Below, piece by piece: positions 1-10,900 of a DNA stretch of 64,000 bases; position 1 is the first letter of the stretch, and each line of letters starts with the position of its first letter. The notes under the pieces are model-generated. The model saw nothing but the letters and a program-made list of their open reading frames with translations, was not told where the DNA came from and did no database searches. The stretch covers positions 512,001 to 576,000 of the forward strand of contig CM000436.1 in assembly GCA_000165345.1 (NCBI GenBank), in the 5' to 3' direction. The translations under genes were made by a program, and so were the position numbers.

Positions 1-767
1 TGAAATTATATGTGCAAGAAATTAAGTATTTTTTTTTTCACCGTAATTGGGATAGTTTTGTATATTCTTCCTTCTTTTTTTCTGTGAGTAGTGTAGTGCT
101 AGTAGTTTATAATACTAGAAAAGAAGTATAAAGTTTACATTTTTAAAAGTATTAAAAATATGGAGGAGAGAGGAAATAGTAAAGCACTTGTTAAAATTGT
201 GAAAGTTGACAAACTTAGCTTAAAATTGAGAATTTCGTTCCACATTAATTGAATATATACATATATTTTATTATTTAAATTAGAAACATTTTTCTTGATT
301 GCTCAATATTCTATTTTCATCTTTTAACATATTGGTTCTAAGTCAATATAAATATTTGTGTTGATTAACTATACAATATGGGAAAATATGTTAATTTTCT
401 ATTCAAAATTATTATGCAATATTGGTTTTGTTTTGAAAGCAATAATAATTAATGATAAATCAATAAAAGTTTCTTCAACTTATTATCTATTTTGAATTAG
501 TATCAATATTCAATTCATTTTATTATTTCACAATCAAAGAATAAAAATAAACATTTATTAATATTAATATAAATAGGAGAAAAAAAAAGAGAAAAGTGGA
601 AAGGCAAAGAGACATTGAATGCATGTAAATTAATTTTTCGTGGGGGAAAACAAAGAAAATAAATGGCGGGCAAAGTGGTCATAGAAAAGTAAAAATTAAA
701 ACAAATAAAATAATAATAAGAAAGACTGGAAACTTTAAGAGTTATGGCATAAGATAGAAAAGTTAAT

Positions 768-3509
768 ATGATAATAGAAAAAACAAAGAGAAAATCAGAA
801 GTTAGGGATTTTGGAACTCCTGGAAAATATACAAATGAGAAAAAATATGAAAGTAATGAATTAAGAACTTCATTAATTCTAAACTCCAAAACAAGGAGCA
901 TTGAGAAACCCGCACCCAAACCAATTTGCATGAATAATGCTTCTGAAAATGGACATACCGGTGTTGGGAGAGTAATCAAGTATTTAAATGAGCGGGATGC
1001 ATGCATGCAAAATGACGTGTCAAGAACTATGCAAACATGCGAATTACCGGTCAAGCATGCAAATGAAGTATGTGGACTAATCAAATTAATAAGAATAATT
1101 TTTAGTATATTTACTTATTCAGTATTTATTTTATTTATTTTATTGACTATTTTATCTTTAAATACATTATTTGAAAATAAGTATTCAAAATTGGTTGAGA
1201 TTTCTGAATTAATTACTTCAGTAACAATACCTTCGGTGGAGGATATTTACTATTTTAGTAAAGAGTCAAAAGAATCTGTGAGGGAAGCATTTAGATATTT
1301 GAGTGGAAATAAGGATGCTGATTCATTATTTGTGAAACAAAATAATAAGAAAAGAGAAAGAAAAAAAAGTTCAAAGTTATTATCAGAATTACCCAAAAAT
1401 CAAAATAAGGTCAATTCTTCAAAGTTTGGGTTTTATAATCATTCTTTTTTTGATTTAAATTATGATGGATTATCAATTGAGCATTATGATTCTTCTAGTG
1501 CTAGCGCAGATGCAAACTATGAAATTTCTTGGAGAAGAGAGTTCATTAAAGATCAAAATAAGAATTTAAATGATAATTTAAAATTTATAAATGAAATTCA
1601 AAATAAAAGTTTGACAAAAAGTTCTTCATTCGGTTATCGTAAAAATGAACAAGAACAAAAACAAGAACTGGAAAGTGTTAATAATCATTCTAATTTAACT
1701 AAATTGGTTGAGATTATTCTTGGGCAGAGCCAATTAAAGAAATCTTTCAAGGGTAAAAGTGTAAGTATATTGGAATTATTATGCTATCAAAATTTCAGCT
1801 TTCAAGAGGGAATATTATCAATGTATTATAAGGAAAATGACCATGGAATACCTTTTAATGAATATTTTTTAGAATCTGATCAAAATATTCATAAAGAATT
1901 AATTAAAAAATTACTTAATAGAACAATTCTGGATTTATTGGGAATTGAAAGAAACTATGAATTATATATTATTCCAACTATTAATTACGACTATGATAAT
2001 CAATTACAAGTAAATACTAATGATAATAAAAAAAGTATTATTCAAAATCATTTTAGAGTAAGTAGAAGAGTTATTGTATCTTCTGGATATGGTAATGAAG
2101 AAATTCGTGATTTTTGTGAATATCAAAATAAATGGATATGTACAAAATATGAAATGTTAGTATTAAAGTTATTACAAGAATATTATAAAGGAAATGGAGA
2201 AACTTTTATTTCATACTTTTTATTCCAATATAAAAATAATATTGTTGATAAGAACTTATTAGATAATATTCCATTCTTTACAAAAGATCAAATTATTGTA
2301 ATTAATGATGTATTTCCTGGATTATTTACATCATTTCAAAATTTAACAAATAGTATATATAAAAAGATTGATGATTTTGAAAAAAATAAAAAAAGAAATA
2401 ATAATCAATCTAAATATTACTTTGAGAAAGTTACACAAGAAGACATTAATTGGATTATATCTCTAGTATTATCACATTCTTTACAAGATAAAGATGGTCA
2501 TATTGCTTTTGTTCCATATTTTAACATTATACCACATAATAGTGTTAAAGTTGGTGGTATTTCTAATAAAGCTCAAACTTTAATACATCATCCAAATGAA
2601 TTATCTTTTGATTGGAGTTTCTCCAAATCATTTGATTATAAATATAATAAACATTCTGAGAATATTAAAAAAGATGATTTCATAATGATTTATTCATTTT
2701 ATGGTCATTTAAATAATATTAAGTCAGTTGTTCAATATGGTAAACTTTTATATAAGAATGAATATTCTACTGTATGGTTTATTCGAAAAGACGAAAAAGA
2801 TACTTATAAATTTAAGATATTATTTGGTACTAATACTATTTTGAATAATATGAATAATAATTATTCAGCTTATAAAGATAATTTACCAAATTGGTTAATA
2901 AATTTAACAGAAAGTAATCATCATAATTCAAAAATAAAAATAAATATGAATACTCAATTTGTTCATTATATTTCAAATAAAAAAAAGATTCCAATTCAAA
3001 AGAATAAAAAAGAATTAGAGATGGAATATATTGATTGTAATGAATATACATTCTATAATGGAATGGGATTAGGTTTTGGAACTATTCAATTTACTAGATC
3101 ATCTTATGTAGGTGGAATTAATGGAACAGTATATGTATGTTTGAGAGAAATTATGTTTAGGAATTATCAACAGAATAGCAAAAAAAATGGAATTCTCTCT
3201 AATTCTAGTAATAATAATGGAGTTAATATTACAAATGAGAAAAAAGAGGAAGTTTTAGCAAATATTATAAAAAGTAATTGTATTAAAAGATCTACACAAT
3301 TAAGAGGTGTAAAGAATCTATTAATGCATCAACTTGGTATGAAACTTGGAAAAGAAGAGGATTTAATCAATCTTTCAAGTAAAATTAAGCAAGAAATTAG
3401 AATTAATATAAAGTTATTATATGCTACAATGGAAGAATTAGAAAGTATGAAAAAGTGTGTGTCATACTTTGGTAATCTTATTTCAATGATTTCTAAGGAG
3501 AAAATTTAA
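768..3509 (+). CDS. Hypothetical lineage-specific membrane protein with an N-terminal signal anchor (IRIIFSIFTYSVFILFILLTILSL) and a K/N-rich body. The start is ambiguous: ATG 768 is the longest ORF, and alternatives are ATG 1005 or 1029 just before the hydrophobic segment.
   Basis: A 913-aa uninterrupted ORF beginning at ATG 768. An E2F-like TGGCGGGCAAA lies upstream at 664-674. An AP2/CRE composite motif (GATGCATGCATGCAAAATGACGTG, 996-1019) sits inside the 5-prime part of the ORF. This argues that the true start may be 1029 (MQTCELPVKHANEVCGLIKLIRIIF...). I recognise no conserved domain. Confidence 0.5.
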   Translation: MIIEKTKRKSEVRDFGTPGKYTNEKKYESNELRTSLILNSKTRSIEKPAPKPICMNNASENGHTGVGRVIKYLNERDACMQNDVSRTMQTCELPVKHANEVCGLIKLIRIIFSIFTYSVFILFILLTILSLNTLFENKYSKLVEISELITSVTIPSVEDIYYFSKESKESVREAFRYLSGNKDADSLFVKQNNKKRERKKSSKLLSELPKNQNKVNSSKFGFYNHSFFDLNYDGLSIEHYDSSSASADANYEISWRREFIKDQNKNLNDNLKFINEIQNKSLTKSSSFGYRKNEQEQKQELESVNNHSNLTKLVEIILGQSQLKKSFKGKSVSILELLCYQNFSFQEGILSMYYKENDHGIPFNEYFLESDQNIHKELIKKLLNRTILDLLGIERNYELYIIPTINYDYDNQLQVNTNDNKKSIIQNHFRVSRRVIVSSGYGNEEIRDFCEYQNKWICTKYEMLVLKLLQEYYKGNGETFISYFLFQYKNNIVDKNLLDNIPFFTKDQIIVINDVFPGLFTSFQNLTNSIYKKIDDFEKNKKRNNNQSKYYFEKVTQEDINWIISLVLSHSLQDKDGHIAFVPYFNIIPHNSVKVGGISNKAQTLIHHPNELSFDWSFSKSFDYKYNKHSENIKKDDFIMIYSFYGHLNNIKSVVQYGKLLYKNEYSTVWFIRKDEKDTYKFKILFGTNTILNNMNNNYSAYKDNLPNWLINLTESNHHNSKIKINMNTQFVHYISNKKKIPIQKNKKELEMEYIDCNEYTFYNGMGLGFGTIQFTRSSYVGGINGTVYVCLREIMFRNYQQNSKKNGILSNSSNNNGVNITNEKKEEVLANIIKSNCIKRSTQLRGVKNLLMHQLGMKLGKEEDLINLSSKIKQEIRINIKLLYATMEELESMKKCVSYFGNLISMISKEKI

Positions 3510-3897
3510 TCTAATTAAATGTAATTAATTCAAAATTGAGCTTTAAAATCTAAAAATACAAGTATACTTGAAAAAATATGAAGTTTGGGCGCCAACCCCA
3601 TTAATATTATTTAATTAATATAAAAATAATACTTTATTATTAAAATAATTAAATATTAATATTATATTATATTATAATAATTATTAATATATATGTTTAT
3701 ATTAATTAAATAATAATAAAAAAAAATTAATTAATTAAAAAAAAGATTAAAGTTTGATAATACAAATATTTTTTAAGAGTTGGATTTTTGCTGGTTAATG
3801 TATTTGAGATCATAAAGTTAAATTAAATCCAAAAAGTAATTTTGGTTATTTGGAATGGAAGAATCTTTTAGTTAAGTAATAAAAGTAATAAGGCAAT

Positions 3898-5463
3898 ATG
3901 GAGTTAAATGATGTTGGTCGTTTATTAATGTCAATGACAAAAAAGATGAAAAAGACTGCATCTCAAATAGTTCATCCATTAACTCAATTGGAGAAATGGT
4001 TGAAGGAAGCAACATCAAATACAAATTGGGGATGTTCATCAACTATTTTAAATGAGATAGCACGTAGTATGACAGATTACCATGATTATGTTTTGGTACA
4101 AAAATGTATAGGAGATTGTTTAAGTGAGAAAGCAATAAAATGGAGAAGAATATTTAAGACTTTAGTATTAGTAGAATATTTATTAAAGAATGGTATTGAT
4201 CGTTTTGTTGATGATTTTAAAGAATATATGTACAAGGTACGTCATTTACAGGATTTCTATTATACAGAGGAAGGTAAAGATAAAGGAGCAGGTATTAGAG
4301 AAAAATCAAAATGTATATTAAATTTAATAAATGATCCAATGCTTTTAAAATCTGAGAGAAAGAAAGCAAGAGATAATCGTGGCAAATATATTGGAATAAA
4401 TGGTAGAAGTGGAGTAATTGGAGGAAGAGGAGGATTGGATATTAGAAATAATAATTATTCAATTTCAAATACAAAATTTAATAATAATAAATCAACATCT
4501 TCTAGTACATCAATTTCCTCATATTCAGTATCAACAAATGGTGTTATGAGTACAAATATGAGTAGTACTAATATTGGAGAATTATATGATCCTTATTGTT
4601 ATAATGGTAATAACAGTATTCATAGTAATAGTAATAATAATAATAATAGGGATGATGATCATTATTCATCTTCACGAGCTGGATCTAATGTAAGTGATGG
4701 TTTGGATATGGTTAAGAATGCTGGGATTTCAGAAGAAAGAATTTTAGAAGAAAGTATTAAAGGATTTTCAGAGACTAATAACAACACAATAAATGCAGTA
4801 AAGTTACCTGTTCCACCATCTTACAAAGGGTTAGGAGCTAGAAAGAATCCAATAGGTGGAGTAGGAGGAATAAGGAGAGTTGAAGCTACAAAGGAAGTTC
4901 CAGGATTATCATCTGGATCTGGGAATGGGAATAGAATGGCATGGATTTCTGATGAGTCAATATTGAATGCAGCTCAAAAATTGGCTGGAGATAGTATTAC
5001 AATGGAAGGAGGGCCAAATAAAGAGGAAGATTTACAATGGTCAGATTGGAATTCTTTTGTTGCAGCAGAAACAACAATAACAAATATAAGTGGTAATAAA
5101 GAGTTAGAAATAGAGGAGAATTCTTTGGGTCAAAGATCTGGGATAATTAATAATAATGATAAGAGTAAAGACAACATGTCATCATTAAATCCATTCGAAT
5201 CGGATTGTTTAGAAGTTGGAGTTGGAGCTGGAGTTGGAACTCAGACAGAGATTGAGAGAAGAAAAAAGATTATGGATGAGTCCATTTTCGGAAATGATTT
5301 ATTGGATTTGGATTATACTTGTGGTAATAATGTTGGAAAAGGAGAAGGAAGAGTAGGTGATTTTGACTTTGGTTTTAGAAATGGATTTCAACAGCAGGAA
5401 AATGGAGGAGCTTCTGTTGGAAATAGCAATCATAAAGTATTGCATGTACCGTATGGATTTTAA
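3898..5463 (+). CDS. ENTH-domain protein (epsin-like clathrin adaptor). The C-terminal half is low-complexity, N/S/G-rich.
   Basis: The N-terminal 150 aa match the epsin ENTH fold. ATSNTNWGCSSTILNEIARSMTDY compares with epsin ATSNDPWGPSSSLMSEIADLTYN. KWRRIFKTLVLVEYLLKNG compares with NWRHVYKAMTLMEYLIKTG. YKVRHLQDFYYTEEGKDKGAGIREKSK compares with YAVQTLKDFQYVDRDGKDQGVNVREKAK. Start is ATG at 3898. Confidence 0.85.
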   Translation: MELNDVGRLLMSMTKKMKKTASQIVHPLTQLEKWLKEATSNTNWGCSSTILNEIARSMTDYHDYVLVQKCIGDCLSEKAIKWRRIFKTLVLVEYLLKNGIDRFVDDFKEYMYKVRHLQDFYYTEEGKDKGAGIREKSKCILNLINDPMLLKSERKKARDNRGKYIGINGRSGVIGGRGGLDIRNNNYSISNTKFNNNKSTSSSTSISSYSVSTNGVMSTNMSSTNIGELYDPYCYNGNNSIHSNSNNNNNRDDDHYSSSRAGSNVSDGLDMVKNAGISEERILEESIKGFSETNNNTINAVKLPVPPSYKGLGARKNPIGGVGGIRRVEATKEVPGLSSGSGNGNRMAWISDESILNAAQKLAGDSITMEGGPNKEEDLQWSDWNSFVAAETTITNISGNKELEIEENSLGQRSGIINNNDKSKDNMSSLNPFESDCLEVGVGAGVGTQTEIERRKKIMDESIFGNDLLDLDYTCGNNVGKGEGRVGDFDFGFRNGFQQQENGGASVGNSNHKVLHVPYGF

Positions 5464-5579
5464 AACGAATAGAGTGAGAAAAGGAAAGGGAAATGGAATA
5501 TTTTTCGTGGAAGAATTAATGATCTTATTGGGAAAAGGGTTTGTTTTTGCTATTGAAGGAAGAGTTTATAGTTTAAGGA

Positions 5580-7310
5580 TCAGAAGGTACTATCATCATG
5601 AGTACCATTAGGGAGTGTAACCATAGCAAATTTGGCTTCCTGTTTTGAAAGATGATGGAAGTATATTTCAGTGTTACACTTGGTTAGAATGGCTTTTCCT
5701 TGTATAAAAACAAGATCTTTTTGAGTTAAATGATCATTATTATGGGATAATGATGAGGAAAAGTTATTGCAATTATCTTTGGTTATTTTTTCGTTGAATG
5801 AAATGATACAATCTCCACTCAAACATAGTAATAGAGTGTATGGAGACGATTTTGAGGTTAAATATGTGAGAGGATTCGGGGAATTGTTAAAATTCATTGA
5901 TAAAATTTGAACATGGTACTCTTGAACAGAATTCACAAAATAATCGATTAAATGTGGTGATGATGAAGATGAGGATGAAGGGGATGAGAATATTTGATGG
6001 TTTTGAATGATTTTATAATTATTTGACTGAAAATTAACAGCTTTAATTAAAGTATGAACATCTTTAAATTTGGGAGTTAATCCACATCTAATAACATTAT
6101 CAGAATTTGCCATACATTCAAGACATTCTCCTGATATATATGAATGAATGGTTCCAGCACCAATAAATACAGCATCTCCAGTATTAAGTTTATAGTAATT
6201 AAGTAAAATTGGGCTGATAATTCCAATATCTAAAGGAAAATGATAGTGAAGTCTGAGAATAAGGTCTTCAATTAAAGGAATTTCAGTATTATTTGTATTA
6301 ATATTAGTAGTTTTATCAATAGAAGATGACGAATAAAAGGTTTGACTTTTCTTTTTAAGTCTATTAACCAGTTTATTTAGAGAATCATTTATAGTTTCAG
6401 TCTTAGAATTGAGCATATTTATAAATAAGTCTTTTTTAATAGTAAAAAAAGGATCTTCTTGGCTTTGATCATGAATGTTATTATTAACATTAATCACATC
6501 AGATTTTAATTTGTTGTCTTGTTGATTGTATTCATTAATAGTTTTCTTAATAAATTCTAATGATATTCCAAATATATCAAAAGTTTCTGGAAAGTTTTCA
6601 ATGATTGAAAGTATTTCAATAGTATTTCTGAATCCACAAAAAGTTTCAAATTCACTAAGTGCTATAGCAATCTCAGGTTTGTGATTATCATCAGAATAAA
6701 TGCAAGGAAATGTTGAATGTAATTCTTTAGCAAGTATTTTATCAGGATGAACTTGTAAAGATAATGGTTTTGAAATAGATAATATCTTTAATAAGAAAGG
6801 AATCTTATTATTTTGATTTTTATTATTAAGAGATATGTTTGGTGTAATTAAAGCTTGTTTTTCAAAATTACAAGAAATTACATCATCCAAAGTAAATTTA
6901 TCAATTATTTTACCATTAAAAGAAATTTGACTTGGACTTGAAATATGAGATCCATACCAAAGTTCTGCATATGGATCTTTTTCATCATAATCTTCTTCTT
7001 CTTTCTCTTTATTTTGTTCATTTTCTATTAATCTTTTCTTATTATGATCATCCAATAAATAACTTTCTTTATTTTCCACTTTTATTTTATCTTCAGATAT
7101 TAATTCAATAGAATTGGATGTATCTCCATTTTCTATATTGAATGATGAATTTATTTTATGATGATGATTTTCCAATTCTTTAATTTGTTTAATATTTCTA
7201 TAAAAAACCTTTGTTAAAGCTAATTTTTCTTTTCTACCCCACTCATATTTCTTCACAACTGGAATAATTTCCACAAAATCCATTACTTCTTGAATTGAAC
7301 AATTATTCAT
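5580..7310 (-). CDS. Mannose-6-phosphate isomerase (class I phosphomannose isomerase), with lineage-specific low-complexity insertions.
   Basis: PMI signatures are present. VVKKYEWGRKEKLALTK compares with the VQQYAWGKMGS motif. PYAELWYGSH compares with PYAELWMGTHP. LSLQVHPDK compares with LSIQAHPNK. GECLECMANSDNVIRCGLTPKFKDV compares with [25 protein letters not shown]. ATG is at 7310. Confidence 0.85.
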   Translation of the reverse strand: MNNCSIQEVMDFVEIIPVVKKYEWGRKEKLALTKVFYRNIKQIKELENHHHKINSSFNIENGDTSNSIELISEDKIKVENKESYLLDDHNKKRLIENEQNKEKEEEDYDEKDPYAELWYGSHISSPSQISFNGKIIDKFTLDDVISCNFEKQALITPNISLNNKNQNNKIPFLLKILSISKPLSLQVHPDKILAKELHSTFPCIYSDDNHKPEIAIALSEFETFCGFRNTIEILSIIENFPETFDIFGISLEFIKKTINEYNQQDNKLKSDVINVNNNIHDQSQEDPFFTIKKDLFINMLNSKTETINDSLNKLVNRLKKKSQTFYSSSSIDKTTNINTNNTEIPLIEDLILRLHYHFPLDIGIISPILLNYYKLNTGDAVFIGAGTIHSYISGECLECMANSDNVIRCGLTPKFKDVHTLIKAVNFQSNNYKIIQNHQIFSSPSSSSSSSPHLIDYFVNSVQEYHVQILSMNFNNSPNPLTYLTSKSSPYTLLLCLSGDCIISFNEKITKDNCNNFSSSLSHNNDHLTQKDLVFIQGKAILTKCNTEIYFHHLSKQEAKFAMVTLPNGTHDDSTF

Positions 7311-7685
7311 TTGCTTTCTTTTATTTTGTTTTCTTTTTTTTCTTTGTCAATATTTCTTTTGATTTTTTTTTCAATTATTTTCAGTGGTACCGACAAAAAG
7401 GCGGGAATGTGCATGCAACTCTTCTTAGCTAATATTATTCTTTAAGCGGGCCCACATGTAAAAATGATGTATAAAATTGACGTTTAGTACCGTTATAATT
7501 AAATATTTTTGTTTGGCGCAAAAAAAAAAATCACGCCAAACAATTAAATTCAAGGTAAAGAATTCAATAGGGGAAAAAAGATATGAAAAAAAAAAGAATA
7601 ATGAATCAAATAGGAGTATATTGGATATATTTTTCTTACTTTTGTTAATTTCTAAGGTTCAAAATGGTTTGTCTAATTTCATTCT

Positions 7686-7895
7686 TTCATAGCATATTAG
7701 TTTGACTATTTCCTCCTTTTTGTATTCTAATGGATTGACTATTTTCTCCTCCTTTAAGCCTAATAGTTTGAACATGTCCTCCTCCTTTCATAGCCTAAAA
7801 GTTTGACTATTTCCTCTTCCTCTTTATATTCCAATTGATTGACTATGTCCTCCTCTTTTCATAGCCTAATAGTTGGACTATAATTTCCCCTCTCT
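7686..7895. repeat. Degenerate minisatellite of about 6 tandem copies of a 34-36 bp unit, consensus roughly CATAGCCTAATAGTTTGACTATTTCCTCCTCCTTT. It lies in the spacer between the GCN1 3-prime end and the PMI 5-prime end.
   Basis: Read directly. The units start near 7686, 7720, 7754, 7789, 7826 and 7860. Each has a (G/A)TTTGACTAT core followed by a polypyrimidine TCCTCCTCCTTT (GAGA-like on the opposite strand). Confidence 0.8.
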
Positions 7896-7980
7896 CATAA
7901 CTCTTTCATAGTTATATAAATCACTATCATGATTAAAATGTATAAACAACATTTCTTTCTTAAAATTCCCAATTTAATTA

Positions 7981-10900
7981 TCAATTAATAGCTTTGGACA
8001 AAACTCTTCTAGAATATTCTTTAATAAAGTTAACTTTTTTTTGATTTAAATGACCAGGATAAATTTTCTCAATAACATTAATTATATCAGAAATCACCAA
8101 TTCAAATTGAGAAAATTCTTCATCATTTATTCCTTTATTATTGTCATTTTTGTTAATCATATGTTGATCTTCATCTTCTCTTAATTTAATTATTAATTTT
8201 ATTAAAAATACTAAAAATTGTTCAGCTTTAAGCTTAATAGCAGGAAATTTTGAACTTAAAGATTGTATTGAAGGAAGTGATATAAGTGAAAAAAGAATAT
8301 CTTGTGATGAAATTTGATCATTACTTTTAATTCTGGAATCAATATCGGATTCTTTAATGAAATTTCCAAAAGAATAACATGATAAATTAGAATCAATTTG
8401 TTGTATAAATAGTCTTCTAGAATCTTTGGATTCCACAATCTTCTCACAAATCTTTTGAATCTCAAGAATCATATGAGTATCTGAAAAAGATGGGAATAAT
8501 ACAAGTATATCCTTTTCAAAAATTAAAGGAATTACTTGAAGAACTATTGAAGCAGAAAATATATCATTATTATCAACTGATATTCTTGTTAAATTATTTA
8601 AGAAATTTAATGATAACTTTCTTAATTGAGTATAATTGGATGAATTCTGGAAATTATTATTTTCAATACAAACTAAATACTTGTATAATAAAATAACAAT
8701 CTTTTTATAAATCCACCAACTTTGATGTTTTAAAATTTCATCTGGAAGTCTTCTACCTCCTATCATAAATTCCCTGTTCTTCATACTCAAATAATTATCA
8801 ATATTTTCAAATAAACTTATTTCTTCTTCCTTTTTCTTTTCCTCTTCTTCTTCCCTTTCCTCTTCATCTCCTAAAGTAGATATAATATCTTTATCCAAAT
8901 TACTCAATGAAGAATACATCTTAATCCAACCATTAGATTCACAACAACTATTGAAAATATTGAGTATATTCTTATCATGATTAAATTGACAACCATTTTG
9001 ATTATTAAATATTAATAATGGAATTAATATATCCTTAATTTCATCATCTTTACAATAATTCATTAATATTGAAGAAAGAATCTGTCCAGAAATGTCCTTA
9101 ATTACAATATCTTTTGATTCTTCTATACAAGATAAAGACATTCCTATTAATTTATTTCTAAGTGATTCTGATATTACTGGTTTTGTTTGATTTTCTACTA
9201 ATTGATCTCGAGAATTTGTTAGTAATGAATAATTAATTGATGATAATATAGCATTCATTGATTCTCCTGATTGATTTTGTTTACTTGCTAATGAACATAA
9301 ATCATTTAATAATACTTCAGCTCTATTTCCAAGTAATCTTGATAAAAATCCAATTCCATTACTACATTGTTTTCTAACATTATCATTTGGATCTAACAAA
9401 AACTTTACCAAAATTGTTTGAATCTGTGGTAATAATGGACGTAATTGTAATCCACAAAACTCTAAAAATATTACCAAATTACTCAATAAAGCTCCTCTTA
9501 CCAAAGATGATGTTGTTCTATCTGAAATAGATCGTATTAATGGACCAACTAATTTAACTGTTATTGGTTTTAAACATTCATTATTTGTTAATTGAATTGC
9601 TTCACGTAAACCTATTGCACATTCTTCTTTTGAATCTACTGATCCTTGTGATATTCCTTGTATATATATAGCTGAGATTGAATCAATAAGTTTATTACTA
9701 GATATTAAAAGCTCATCATTTTTAGATCTTTCTAACATTTCTTCTTGGTTCATATTTGATTGTACTACTTTACAATTAAGAATCTTCCAATTATAACCAA
9801 TCAATTTATTCTCATCAAAATGTTTCTTATTATCAATTGGATCATGAACCAATATACCAATAGATTCCTTCATTACATTACACACTTGAATGATAGATTT
9901 TCTTGGAACTGAAATTGAAAACAAATAAAAAGATTTAGATGCTGATATTCTGACTTGTTCTGATATATCACACAAAGCTAAAGGTATTAAATACTTTATT
10001 AATATTGAAATTGATGTTTCATATATTGTACTTGAAGCATATAATGATAGATTCAAAAATTCGATTGCTTTAATCCTCATTAATGTTTCTCTTTCAACAA
10101 CTAATTCATTTAAATCATTAATATTTAAATTTTCAATTTGATATTTTCCAGAAATACTTAAATTAGTACTTGGAGTATTTTCACGTATAATATCCAATAA
10201 TATTGTAGCAAATGTCTCCATACTTTGAGCTTCTAATGATTGTACAATACTCATCATTGCTTCTTTTGAAGATTTTTGTATATAATCATCATATTTACCA
10301 TCAATATTTACAGTAGTTTCTAATAATTTTGGAACAATATCAAATAATGAAGATCTTAACCTGTTTTGAGATGGTATATTTGACATTGATTTAATTATCC
10401 TAATCTTATTAATTGTCATAGGATCAGAAATAATTCTTGGAAGTATATTAGAAACTATCCCAGGATGAGATAATTGAATAATAAGTTCTATAGCTGAAAT
10501 CTTTGGATCTTCATCTTCTTCATTATTATCTTTTGATTCAAGTATTTCATCCATTAACCAATTAATAATTGAAAATAGAATTTCAGTATTTTCAGATGCA
10601 AATATGTCTAAACATTCAACTGAATATGTTCTTACCATAATATCTTCATCACATAATCCAATTTTAACAACTGGTAAAAATGATGAAGTTAAACCTTTCA
10701 ATTCGCTCTTTCTTACATTCTTTAAAATCTCCAAAACACCAATACAAGATCCAATCCTTACTGATTTTTTTGGTAACGCATTTCTTCCTGTATTACAAAC
10801 TCCTCCTTTTCCAAAAGAGATGGAATTCGAGCTAGAATCTAAATCTATAGTACCATCCTCACTTAATGATCCTCCCAAATTCTGATAGAATATTGGCAAT

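Noticed and set aside
515-1084. Minus-strand 189-aa ORF overlapping the start of the first gene, and many similar 60-150-aa ORFs in alternative frames inside long genes. Examples are 2836-3051, 8256-8465, 10604-10885, 12540-12857, 13740-14045, 26768-27046, 29588-29929, 32041-32283, 33268-33650, 44023-44781, 48232-48580 and 59559-59741.
   Set aside because: All lie inside, and out of frame with, long conserved-domain ORFs. They have hydrophobic or low-complexity translations typical of AT-rich antisense frames. There is no independent support.
3600-3780. A 95% AT island upstream of the ENTH gene, considered as a possible replication origin or centromere-like element.
   Set aside because: It is only about 180 bp, is typical of AT-rich promoter spacers in this genome, and has no repeat organisation.
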